NCBI GenBank assembly: GCA_963809895.1
Contig: CAWELD010000010.1
Location: 192,001 to 256,000 of the forward strand
Direction of reading: 5' to 3'
DNA: 64,000 nucleotides
DNA from: an uncultured Gemmatimonadales bacterium
GTDB taxonomy: Bacteria > Gemmatimonadota > Gemmatimonadetes > Longimicrobiales > Gaopeijiaceae
A model generated the notes under the pieces. That model was not told the DNA's origin. It did not search any database and saw nothing but the letters and a program-made list of their open reading frames with translations. Within the stretch, counting starts at the first letter, position 1. The number at the start of each line of letters is the position of its first letter. The translations under genes and the position numbers were made by a program. This document shows, piece by piece, positions 41,703-50,333 of the stretch.

Positions 41703-42182
41703 ATGTCCGCGGACCCAGCTCACTTCAGGAAGGTGATGGGACACTTCGCCACCGGGGTGGCCGTGGTGACCTCCCGCACGTCGGAGGGCGACCCCTGCGG
41801 GGCCACGGCCAACGCGGTGGCGTCGGTGTCACTGGAGCCGCCCCTGGTGTTGGTGTGTCTCGCTACGTCGTCCGTGACCCACGGGTGCGTGCTGGAGAAC
41901 GGGGTGTTCGCCATCAACGTGCTGGACGCAGGCGCGGGAGCGCTGGCTCGGCGTTTCAGCCGAGGCCGGCGTGCCACCCGCTTCGAGGGTCTCGAGCTCG
42001 ACGAACAGGCCTCGGGCAGCCCGGTGCTGGCCGATGCCCTCGCCTGGTTGGACTGCCGCATCGAGGCCATTCATCCCGCGGGTGACCACGCCATCGTCGT
42101 GGGCCGGGTGCTCGCTTGCGATGCCCGGGCCGGTGACCCGCTGGTCTTCTTCCGCAGTGGTTTCCGCGAGGTGGCGCCCTGA
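41703..42182 (+). CDS. Flavin reductase family protein
   Basis: FRKVMG.FATGV.VVT, SVSLEPPLV, FAINVL, GDH...G.V. Confidence 0.93.
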   Translation: MSADPAHFRKVMGHFATGVAVVTSRTSEGDPCGATANAVASVSLEPPLVLVCLATSSVTHGCVLENGVFAINVLDAGAGALARRFSRGRRATRFEGLELDEQASGSPVLADALAWLDCRIEAIHPAGDHAIVVGRVLACDARAGDPLVFFRSGFREVAP

Positions 42183-42778
42183 GACCCGGCGCGCGTCTGG
42201 CCGGCGTTCCGGCCTTCGCACTCGGCCTCGTGGCCGCGCTGGTGGCCGAGCTCGCCGCGGGGCTGCTCCTCTTCGCCGCCGACGGGTTCCTGCAGGCGCT
42301 CACGCTGGTGCTGGCGGTGGGTCTGGGATCGTTGGGATTGGGGCTGTTGACGGCTCCGTCGGGGCCGTCGCTTCCGGAGATCGCCCGATCCCTTCGCAGG
42401 CGCTGGTTCCTGGTGCTCGCGGCCCTCGGCGTCGCCGGCGGGCTCTCGGTGGTCTGGTCTCTCGGCGCGGGCCTGCAGCAGACGCCACCGGCTCGTGGGT
42501 TGGCACTGGCGTTCCTGGAGGCCTTCCCCCTGTACGCCGTCGGCACCGTGCTGGGCGCCGTGCAGGCGCTTCACCCGGGCTCGCGGAGCGGCGCCATGGC
42601 GGCGCTGGGCGGGGCGTTGGGCGTGGTCCTGGAAGGGAGCGTGCTGCTGGTGCGCTTCGAGCCCGTCTCCATCTACCTCCTCTGCATCGTCCTCCTGTCG
42701 GGCTCCGCGCTCGTGCACGGTCGGGCTGTGTTGGCGCTGGTCGCACCACCCCCCCAGAACCCGGAGGGGCCGCCATGA
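42179..42778 (+). CDS. Hypothetical multi-pass membrane protein (start uncertain: CTG 42179 or GTG 42230)
   Basis: About 6 hydrophobic segments; overlaps both neighbours by 4 nt if the CTG start is used. Confidence 0.65.
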   Translation: MRPGARLAGVPAFALGLVAALVAELAAGLLLFAADGFLQALTLVLAVGLGSLGLGLLTAPSGPSLPEIARSLRRRWFLVLAALGVAGGLSVVWSLGAGLQQTPPARGLALAFLEAFPLYAVGTVLGAVQALHPGSRSGAMAALGGALGVVLEGSVLLVRFEPVSIYLLCIVLLSGSALVHGRAVLALVAPPPQNPEGPP

Positions 42779-43842
42779 AGTTGGCTCATCTCTCCGACCT
42801 CCACCTCGGCCACCGGGCCTTCGACCGTACCCAGGGTGGGCAGAATCTCCGGGAGCTCGACGTGGCGGCGGCCTTTCAGCGGGCGGTGCAGGAGGTGATC
42901 CTTCAGGCGCCCGACGTCATCGTGGTCGCCGGCGACGTCTTCGATCGTCCCGCGCCTCCGCCCGGCGCCCTGGTGACGCTGACCCGGGGCCTCGAACAGC
43001 TCCGTAGCGCGCTGCCCGAGACCCCGGTCCTGATGGCAGGCGGCGCCCGCGACGTTCCGCGGCGCTCGGGAGACCCGGGCGCGCTGGCGGCCATGGACGC
43101 CTTCCCCCATGTGGAGGCCGCCACCTCCACGGCGCGCAGCGTCCTGTTCCGGGAGCGGTCGCTCCACGTCCAGCTTCTGCCGCACCGGGCCGTGCTGCGC
43201 GGGCCGGTGCCGGTCATGGAGCCGGATCCCCGGGCACGCTGGAACGTCCTGGTGGCTCACGGCCGGTTGGCGGGACCGGGGGACCCCCCCGACCTGGGCC
43301 TGCCGCTGGAGCTGGACGGTTGGGACTACGTGGCGCTGGGCTCCCGCCACACGCATCAGGTGGTGCGGCCCGGAGTCGTCTACGCTGGCGCCCTGGAGCG
43401 GGTGGGGCCGACGCCCTGGAAGGAGGCCGGCGAGGAGAAGGGCTTCGTGACGGTGGATCTGGACACGGGCGGCGTCCGCTTCCATCCGGTGCGCGGGCGG
43501 CCCGTGGTGGCGCTGGCGCCCACCCGCGTGCCCGCCGGCGACGCCCGGGCGCTCCGGGAGCGGGTGGCCGAGGTGGTACGCGAGGTTCCCGGTGGCATCG
43601 ACGGCAAGATCGTCCGAATCCGCCTGCGTGGCCCGGCGCCGGCGGACCTGACCGCGCTCCAGGGCGCCTTTCTCACGGGCCTCGCGGCCCGCGCCCTCCA
43701 TCTGTCGGTGGAGGTCGAGGCGGAAGGCGGTGGACGCGGGCCGGCGCGCGAGCTTCCCGATCGGGTCGCGGAGCACCTCGCCGATGACGCGCCGCCGGCG
43801 GTGGGCGCCCTGGTGGACCGGGTCCTGCAGGCCGGCGCATGA
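42775..43842 (+). CDS. SbcD/Mre11-like metallophosphoesterase with degenerate motifs III and V
   Basis: MKLAHLSDLHLG, AGDVFD, VAHG, YAGALER, KGF; GNHD replaced by GARD, GHxH by GSRH. Confidence 0.85.
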   Translation: MKLAHLSDLHLGHRAFDRTQGGQNLRELDVAAAFQRAVQEVILQAPDVIVVAGDVFDRPAPPPGALVTLTRGLEQLRSALPETPVLMAGGARDVPRRSGDPGALAAMDAFPHVEAATSTARSVLFRERSLHVQLLPHRAVLRGPVPVMEPDPRARWNVLVAHGRLAGPGDPPDLGLPLELDGWDYVALGSRHTHQVVRPGVVYAGALERVGPTPWKEAGEEKGFVTVDLDTGGVRFHPVRGRPVVALAPTRVPAGDARALRERVAEVVREVPGGIDGKIVRIRLRGPAPADLTALQGAFLTGLAARALHLSVEVEAEGGGRGPARELPDRVAEHLADDAPPAVGALVDRVLQAGA

Positions 43843-45338
43843 GGATCGGGGCGCTCAGGACCCATTCCCTGCCGGGGGTCGGCGCGGCCGAGGTCGAGCT
43901 GCCCGGAGGGCTGGTGGCGGTGGTGGCCCCCGACGGGCGTATCCGACGCGCGCTCGCCCGCATACTGGAAGGCGAGGCTTCGGGCGCGGCCTCCGACGTG
44001 CTGCTCTTTCCTCGCGTACCGGATCCGGTGCTGGCGCGCCTTCCCGAGGGGCTGCTGCACCGGCTGCGGACTGGAAGCGGACTGGCCGACGCCGATCAGG
44101 TCCTGGAGGTGGCTGCGCGGGCGTTGGCGTGGGCGGCGGGCCTGGACCGGGTCGAGGCCGCGCGGGTGAGGCTGGCGCAGTTGAGGGGGAATCCCGAAGA
44201 GTCCGGCGGGCCCACGGCGGAAGCGCTTCTGGCGCGCATCCGTGAGCTCGAAGGGGCGCCGGCCGAGCTGCACGGTCTGGAAGAGGAGCTCCGGGAGCTC
44301 AGGGGCGACGACGTGGAGGTGTCGGGTGACCTGGAGCAGGCGACCATGGAATGGTTGCGCGAGCGCCAGGACGCCGAGACCCAGCTCCAGACCTATCGCG
44401 ATCGCGCCCGTGAGCTGCGGAGCCGCCTGGGGGAGCTCGCCGACGCCGGAGCCGACGCCGATTGCCCCATCTGCGGGCGCCCCCTCCGGGATCACCTGCC
44501 CAGGGTCAAGGAGACGTTGGAGGAGGAGTGGGAGGCCGTGGTCCAGGATGGAAGCTGGTGGCGACGCCGGCGGGAGCAACTGGATCTCAAGCCGGACCGT
44601 CTGCAGGAGCTCGAGCGCAAGGCGCTGCGCGTGCACGCGGCGACCGAAGAGCTCGGCGAGCGCGTGGACAGGCTGCGCGACCGGGTCCGGGAGCTGGACG
44701 ATCTCAGGGTGCGCCTGGCGTCGTTGGCTCCGGACGACGGCAGCGCCGATCCCAGAGGCATCGTGCCGCGCACCGTGTGGGAGGCGGCCGACCGGGCGCT
44801 GGCGGGCACCGCGCGTGAGCTGAAGGCCGAGGCCCGGGCTCGGCTCCTGGACCGCGCATCCGGATTCCTCGGACGAATCACCGCGGGGCGCGTCCTGGGC
44901 ATGGGATGGGCCCCGCCGGGGCATCTCACGCTGGAGGGGATGGACGCCCCCCTGTATCCTCCGTCGGAAGAGGAAGCGGCGGCGGCTACGGTCGCGGCGC
45001 GCCTGGCGGCCGTGGAGCTCGTCTGGGAAGACGCCGGAGCCAAAGGCGCCGGGCTGCTCCTGGGCGACGGCTTCGATCGCCTGGACGAAGCGGCCCGTGT
45101 GCGAGCCGTGGACCTCCTGCGCCAACGTGCCCGCCGCGGCTTCGCGCAGATCGTCGTCGTGACGCGCGGCGAGGTGGTAGACCTCTTTCCAGAGGGCTTC
45201 GACGCAGTGGTGGAGCTCCGGGGTGACGGGTCCGGCGCCGCCTCGGTCCCGGCGGGCACGGGTGTGCTGAGGCTGGTCCCCACTCAGGCCGGTCCCTCGT
45301 CCGGTAGCGCCGCCACGGCCGTGACCTCGAGCAGGTAG
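43839..45338 (+). CDS. SbcC/Rad50-like coiled-coil protein with zinc hook and degenerate ATPase motifs
   Basis: Coiled coil around CPICG; terminal segments align by eye to Rad50 ATPase halves without canonical Walker A/B. ATGA overlap with the sbcD-like gene. Confidence 0.8.
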   Translation: MRIGALRTHSLPGVGAAEVELPGGLVAVVAPDGRIRRALARILEGEASGAASDVLLFPRVPDPVLARLPEGLLHRLRTGSGLADADQVLEVAARALAWAAGLDRVEAARVRLAQLRGNPEESGGPTAEALLARIRELEGAPAELHGLEEELRELRGDDVEVSGDLEQATMEWLRERQDAETQLQTYRDRARELRSRLGELADAGADADCPICGRPLRDHLPRVKETLEEEWEAVVQDGSWWRRRREQLDLKPDRLQELERKALRVHAATEELGERVDRLRDRVRELDDLRVRLASLAPDDGSADPRGIVPRTVWEAADRALAGTARELKAEARARLLDRASGFLGRITAGRVLGMGWAPPGHLTLEGMDAPLYPPSEEEAAAATVAARLAAVELVWEDAGAKGAGLLLGDGFDRLDEAARVRAVDLLRQRARRGFAQIVVVTRGEVVDLFPEGFDAVVELRGDGSGAASVPAGTGVLRLVPTQAGPSSGSAATAVTSSR

Positions 45339-45676
45339 CCACGCTTCAGCTCACCGCACGGGATCACCGCTCGGGCGGGGCGATGCTCGCCGAGCATCTC
45401 TCCGTAGATGCGGTTCACCTCCGGCCACAGCTCCAGGTCCGCGACGAAGATCGTCACCTGCAGAAGGTGGGACAGGTCGGTACCCGCGGCCTTCAGGACG
45501 GCCTCCACGTTGTGGAGTGCTCGCCGGATTTGACTGTCCGCGTCCGCCACGGGTGCGTCCGGCGCCACCGGATTGATGGGAAGCTGGCCGGCCACGTACA
45601 CCAGGCCACCGTGCACCATGGCCTGGCTGTAGTGCCCGGCGGGTCGGGGCGCTTCGGAAGTTTGAACGATTCGCAT
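45284..45676 (-). CDS. RidA/YjgF family protein
   Basis: AP.P.GHYSQA...VAGQLP, N..Y, PARA, LLEV. Confidence 0.93.
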   Translation of the reverse strand: MRIVQTSEAPRPAGHYSQAMVHGGLVYVAGQLPINPVAPDAPVADADSQIRRALHNVEAVLKAAGTDLSHLLQVTIFVADLELWPEVNRIYGEMLGEHRPARAVIPCGELKRGYLLEVTAVAALPDEGPA

Positions 45677-45679
45677 GGC

Positions 45680-46852
45680 TCATTGGGCTTGATAACGTGC
45701 GTGCTCCCGAGCCGGCGGCGCCTCGGGCCGCCAGCGGAAGCGCTCCAGGCGTGGGTTCTCCACGCCCTCGACGGCGTCGGCGACCAGGCCACCCAGGAGG
45801 GGCGCGAACTTGAAGCCGTGCCCGCTCCCGCCCGACGCCACCACCAGCGCCGGGCGATGGGGGTCCCGGGCGATCCAGAAGTCGCCGTCCGTACTGTCGC
45901 AATAATGACAGGCGCGCGTTCCTGCCAGGGGAGCGTCGGCGAGGCGGGGGATGGCGTCACGAAGGAACCGGCGCCCGCGGGCCTCCCATTCCGCCGGGAC
46001 GGGGCCGGGGTGCTCGGGCCGCCCCGGCCAGCCGCGTCCGTGGTGGCCGATCTTGACGATGCCGTCTTCTCCTGCCGGGAAGCCGTACCAGCCGGTGCCG
46101 GTGATGTCGGCGCTCCAGACCGGCAGCCGAGGCGGTCGCAGCTCGTCGGCCGACCCGGGTCGTAGAAGCAGGACGGGCAGAGCCACCGGCCGGAGCGCGC
46201 CGGCCAGAGCGGGCACGAGCTGCGGTGTCCAGGCGCCCGCGGCCACCACGATGGCCTCGGCCTGCACGAACCCTCCGCCACGGAGCTGGACGCCCGCCCC
46301 GTCGACCGTGTCCGCCACGATCGTCTCGGCCCGGCCCTTCCGGATGTCGACACCTTCGGCGCGCGCCGCGGCGGCCAACTCCGACACCGCCTGCCCGCTC
46401 TCCACCCAACCGGCGTGGAGGCTGAGATATCCGTCCACGAACGCGTCTGCGTTCCAGGCCGGATGCTCGCGCCGGATGGCGGCCCGGTCCAGCCTGCGCA
46501 CCGGGTGTCCGAGCCCCGCCACCGCCTGCATGCTCTCGTACTCGAATCCTCCGGCCGCCAGCGGGCCGCGGCTCAGGAGCAGAAAGCCCACCTCGTGAAA
46601 GAGGGGCCGGGTGAACAGGTCCTGGTTCCAACAGCGCCAGCCGTCCAGCGCTTCCTCTGCGAGCCGGGTGAGAAAGAGGTCGCTGCCGTAGTCCATGCGC
46701 ACGATCTTGGAGCGGTCGGTGGACGAGGCCTCGGGGCGAGGAATGGGACCGGGCTCGACCAGGGTGACGGCCCACCGGCGCCGGGCCAGCTCCCGGGCGG
46801 TGGTGACGCCGAAGACTCCGCAGCCGATCACCAGGGCGCGCCTGGTAGGCAT
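45680..46852 (-). CDS. FAD-dependent amine oxidase (sarcosine/pipecolate/fructosyl-amino acid oxidase family)
   Basis: VIGCGVFG, ASSTD.SKIVR..YG, CHYCD..DGDF.I, GGSGHGFKF.P. Confidence 0.88.
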   Translation of the reverse strand: MPTRRALVIGCGVFGVTTARELARRRWAVTLVEPGPIPRPEASSTDRSKIVRMDYGSDLFLTRLAEEALDGWRCWNQDLFTRPLFHEVGFLLLSRGPLAAGGFEYESMQAVAGLGHPVRRLDRAAIRREHPAWNADAFVDGYLSLHAGWVESGQAVSELAAAARAEGVDIRKGRAETIVADTVDGAGVQLRGGGFVQAEAIVVAAGAWTPQLVPALAGALRPVALPVLLLRPGSADELRPPRLPVWSADITGTGWYGFPAGEDGIVKIGHHGRGWPGRPEHPGPVPAEWEARGRRFLRDAIPRLADAPLAGTRACHYCDSTDGDFWIARDPHRPALVVASGGSGHGFKFAPLLGGLVADAVEGVENPRLERFRWRPEAPPAREHARYQAQ

Positions 46853-46926
46853 GACGTCCTGCCGGGAGTGGGGAAAGTGGGTAGCTTGACGTGCGATGGC
46901 GCAGTCTGACACACGGGAGGTGAGCC

Positions 46927-47892
46927 ATGCAACTCCGGGTCCTGTCGCGCGACGATCTCCACGGACTCCTGGACATGCCCTCGGCCATCGCGGCCATGCG
47001 CTCCGCCTTCGAGCAGCTCTCCGACGGCCGGGCGCAGATTCCGGTGCGGGCCGCCGTGGAGGGGCCGGTCGCGACCCTGCTGGCCATGCCGGGTCGCCTC
47101 GAGGTGCCCCAGGCGCTGGGGGCCAAGCTCGTGGCCGTGGCGCCCCACAATCGGCGCGAGGGTCTGCCGGCGATCCACGCCGCCGTCGTCCTTCTCGACG
47201 CCCTGTCGGGCGTGCCCCGAGCAGTGATGGAAGGATCCTGGCTCACCGCGCTTCGCACAGGCGCGGCCTCGGGGCTGGCCACGGAGCTGCTGGCGAGGCG
47301 GGATGCCCGTGTGCTGGCGGTGGTGGGAGCCGGTGCTCAGGCCCGGTTCCAGGTGGACGCCGTGCGGGCGGTCCGCAGCGTGGAAGAGGTGCGGATCCAT
47401 TCGCGCGGCGGTCGCTCCGCCCGGGCCCTGGCGTCGGAGCTTCATGACGTGAGGGTGGAGGTGGCCGAGACCGCCGACGACGCGGTGCGTGGCGCGGACG
47501 TGGTGGTGACCGTCACCGACAGTAGGGCGCCGGTCGTGTCGAACGATGCCGTGACGCCCGGTACACACCTGAACGCGGTGGGCGGCTACCGGAGGGACAT
47601 GCAGGAGCTGCCGACGTCGCTGATGGCCCGGGCCCGGGTGGTGGTGGATCAGGTGGCGGCGGCCCTGGCCGAGGCCGGCGATGTGGTGATCCCCCTGGAG
47701 GCAGGCGTCCTCGACACGGCCGAGCTCGTGGAGCTGGGGGCCGTGGCGGCGGGGGCGGCGCCCGGCCGTCGCCACGTCGACGAGATCACGGTCTTCAAGT
47801 CGGTGGGGAGTGCTGCTCAGGATCTGGCCGTGGCCGCCCTCGCGCTCGAGCGCGCGACCACGGCCGGCGTAGGCACGCTGGTGGAGCTCTGA
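46927..47892 (+). CDS. Ornithine cyclodeaminase/mu-crystallin family protein
   Basis: MPG, K.V...P.N...GLP, LTALRTGAASG, GAG.QA, FKSVG.A.QD. Confidence 0.93.
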   Translation: MQLRVLSRDDLHGLLDMPSAIAAMRSAFEQLSDGRAQIPVRAAVEGPVATLLAMPGRLEVPQALGAKLVAVAPHNRREGLPAIHAAVVLLDALSGVPRAVMEGSWLTALRTGAASGLATELLARRDARVLAVVGAGAQARFQVDAVRAVRSVEEVRIHSRGGRSARALASELHDVRVEVAETADDAVRGADVVVTVTDSRAPVVSNDAVTPGTHLNAVGGYRRDMQELPTSLMARARVVVDQVAAALAEAGDVVIPLEAGVLDTAELVELGAVAAGAAPGRRHVDEITVFKSVGSAAQDLAVAALALERATTAGVGTLVEL

Positions 47893-47908
47893 GCCGGGTC
47901 GGTCGGGC

Positions 47909-50221
47909 TCAGTTCCCCAGGGTCGACCAGGCTTCGCCCTCGGCGCGGTACCGATCCATGGCGGTGGTATCGCCGCGCGCGTACTCGCCCTGGGCCAGGG
48001 CGTAGTAGGCCCAGGCGTAGTAGTTGGGGATGCCCAGGGTGGCCACGTCGGGCCAGTGGTCCCAGTCGGGAATCCCGCCGCGGTGCATGAACACCGAATC
48101 CACCAGGACCTGGGTGCGCGGCAGGTCCAGCCAGTTTCCCGTCACCTGGTTCAACGGTGACCCCTCCGGCATCTGCACCACGCCCACCTCGGTGGAGTCG
48201 GGCAGTGGATGCGGATTCAGCTTGAAGGCGAGGCCCTGGCGCACCAGGTAGTCGTCCAGCCCCAGCGAGGTGGCCGCGTTCCCGCTGCTGGCGAAGTGGA
48301 TCGGACGCTGGCCCATGGAGTTGTTCAGAATCGCCAGCGCGTATTGCTGCCACGGGTACAGGACCGTGCCCTGGGGCAGGGTGGCGCGCACGTCGCCGAA
48401 CGCGAAGGTGCGCGCCCGGTCCAGCGGCACGTAGCTCTGCGCCACCTGATCGATGGTCGCGTCGTCCAGCGGCAGGATGGAGGTGGTGGGAGCCTGCACC
48501 GGTCGGGGCAACACGAGGGCCGCCTTGCCCTCCGCCGCGGCTGCGGCGGGGTCGTCGGTGTAGACGGCGTTGGTGTTGTCCGCCTGGTAGCTACGCTGGC
48601 AGAGGATGCGCGTGGGATCGTCCCGCCACGATACGCCGGTGGGGCACGGGGTGGTCAGATCGCGCAGCTGCTTGGCGTACCACCCGGTGTTCAGGTAGGA
48701 GGTGACGATGACGGTCACGTCTCGCCGGATGCCCTCCACCTCCTGCAGGTACCAGAGCGGGAAGGTGTCGTTGTCTCCGTTGGTGAACAGGACGCCGTAC
48801 GGCTCCACGCTCATGAGGAGATTGTAGGCCCAGTCGCGTGCTGCGTAGTTGCCCGCCCGACTGGCCCAGGTCCAGTTGAGCCCCAGCGGGAGCAGGGCCA
48901 GCATCAGCACGGGCGCCCCCCGCGCCAGGCCACCCAAGCGCTCCGTGAGCGTCTGCCAGATCGCCACGAGGCCCATGCCGGCCCACAGCCCGAAGACCGA
49001 AAAGCTCGCCACGAAGAAGTAGTCCCGTTCGCGCACCTCGTGGAGATCGAAGTTGTTCTGCGGGTCCGGGATCGTGTACCCGTAGCGGAAGTTCAGATAG
49101 TAGATGAGCCCCACCGACAGCGTGCCGAAGAGCACGAAGGTGTACCAGAAGCTGGCCCGGTCGCGACGCTGGTGCTCCATGGCTCCCCAGACCCCGAGTC
49201 CGGTGAAGAGCATGGTGAAGAGGATGCGTAGCGGCGGGAAGAGCGAATCCTCGCCGGACACCGACCGGGACCACTGCCAGTCGAAGTACTGCAGGTAGTT
49301 CAGGAGCTGCGAGGCCAACGGGGCCTGCCGGGGCTGGAGCGGAGGCTTGTCGTACTGCTCGCGCTTGAGCGCCGCGTTGAGTGGCTCGCACCCGGCGTTG
49401 CCGTAGGTGGCGATGCTGGTGAGGGCGCTGCCCATGCTCTGGCATTCGGGCGCCGCCTCGTTGATGACCGGATCGAGCTCGGCGCGGATCGGCAGGACCA
49501 GGTGGATGGAGAGACCCACCAGCACCGCGACGATGGCCGGGGGATAGAGCCGCCAGTTGAGCAGAGCCTTCGGGTGGACCAGGAGCACGAACACGCCCAT
49601 GGCCGGGGCCGCCAGGAAGGCCATGAGGTGGTTGCCCACGCTCAGCGCCAGGATGAAGACCATGAGGACGAGGAGGTTGTCGTCCTTGCCCTTGCCCAGG
49701 TTCTCCTGCCACCGGATGACGAGCCAGCTCAGGAGGGCGATGGTGAGCAGCGAGACCGTGTAGACCTTCTCGTTGACGTTGGACTGGTTCCACACGGTGA
49801 AGGCCGTGGCGCTGACCAGGACCGCGGCGGCGGCACCCACGAGCCGGAAAACACGGCTGGTCGAGAAGTGCCTCAGCACGTGGTGGATGACCAGGAACCA
49901 GAAGGCGTGCGCCCCCGCGCTCATGAAGGCGCTGAACAGGTTGATCCGCACCGCCGGGGACAGCCCCGTGGGAGCCAGCAGCACGGACCAGGCTCGCGCC
50001 AGGACCACGAACAGCGGGTTTCCGGGGGGATGGGGGATGCCCAGGATGTAGCCGGTGGCGATGTACTCGCTGGTGTCCCAGAACGCCGTCGTGGGGGACA
50101 GCGTCACGGCGTAGAGCATGAACACGGCCAATCCTGCGACGGCGGCCCAGCCGTAGGGGGGAGGTGGGCTCGCGCCGGCCTCTGGCGCCACCGTGCTGGT
50201 CTGATCCGTCGCCGTGCTCAC
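47909..50221 (-). CDS. DUF2723 (TMEM260-like) membrane protein, putative GT-C glycosyltransferase
   Basis: WDTSEY, GIPHPPGNPL, W.QS...E.VY, RERDYF, FTNGDNDTFPLWYLQEVEG.R.DV. Confidence 0.88.
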   Translation of the reverse strand: MSTATDQTSTVAPEAGASPPPPYGWAAVAGLAVFMLYAVTLSPTTAFWDTSEYIATGYILGIPHPPGNPLFVVLARAWSVLLAPTGLSPAVRINLFSAFMSAGAHAFWFLVIHHVLRHFSTSRVFRLVGAAAAVLVSATAFTVWNQSNVNEKVYTVSLLTIALLSWLVIRWQENLGKGKDDNLLVLMVFILALSVGNHLMAFLAAPAMGVFVLLVHPKALLNWRLYPPAIVAVLVGLSIHLVLPIRAELDPVINEAAPECQSMGSALTSIATYGNAGCEPLNAALKREQYDKPPLQPRQAPLASQLLNYLQYFDWQWSRSVSGEDSLFPPLRILFTMLFTGLGVWGAMEHQRRDRASFWYTFVLFGTLSVGLIYYLNFRYGYTIPDPQNNFDLHEVRERDYFFVASFSVFGLWAGMGLVAIWQTLTERLGGLARGAPVLMLALLPLGLNWTWASRAGNYAARDWAYNLLMSVEPYGVLFTNGDNDTFPLWYLQEVEGIRRDVTVIVTSYLNTGWYAKQLRDLTTPCPTGVSWRDDPTRILCQRSYQADNTNAVYTDDPAAAAAEGKAALVLPRPVQAPTTSILPLDDATIDQVAQSYVPLDRARTFAFGDVRATLPQGTVLYPWQQYALAILNNSMGQRPIHFASSGNAATSLGLDDYLVRQGLAFKLNPHPLPDSTEVGVVQMPEGSPLNQVTGNWLDLPRTQVLVDSVFMHRGGIPDWDHWPDVATLGIPNYYAWAYYALAQGEYARGDTTAMDRYRAEGEAWSTLGN

Positions 50222-50333
50222 CGCGCGTGGTCCCAAGCCTGTAGAGACGTAGTGGAAGCCGCGCCCTCGGGGGCGCGGAGCCGCGAAGCGGAAAGATAGC
50301 CTGCCACCGTTCGCAGCCGAAGAAGCGGGGCAC

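Noticed and set aside
45284..45338. 55-nt convergent overlap of the sbcC-like and ridA genes
   Set aside because: Short 3' overlaps are common in GC-rich genomes.
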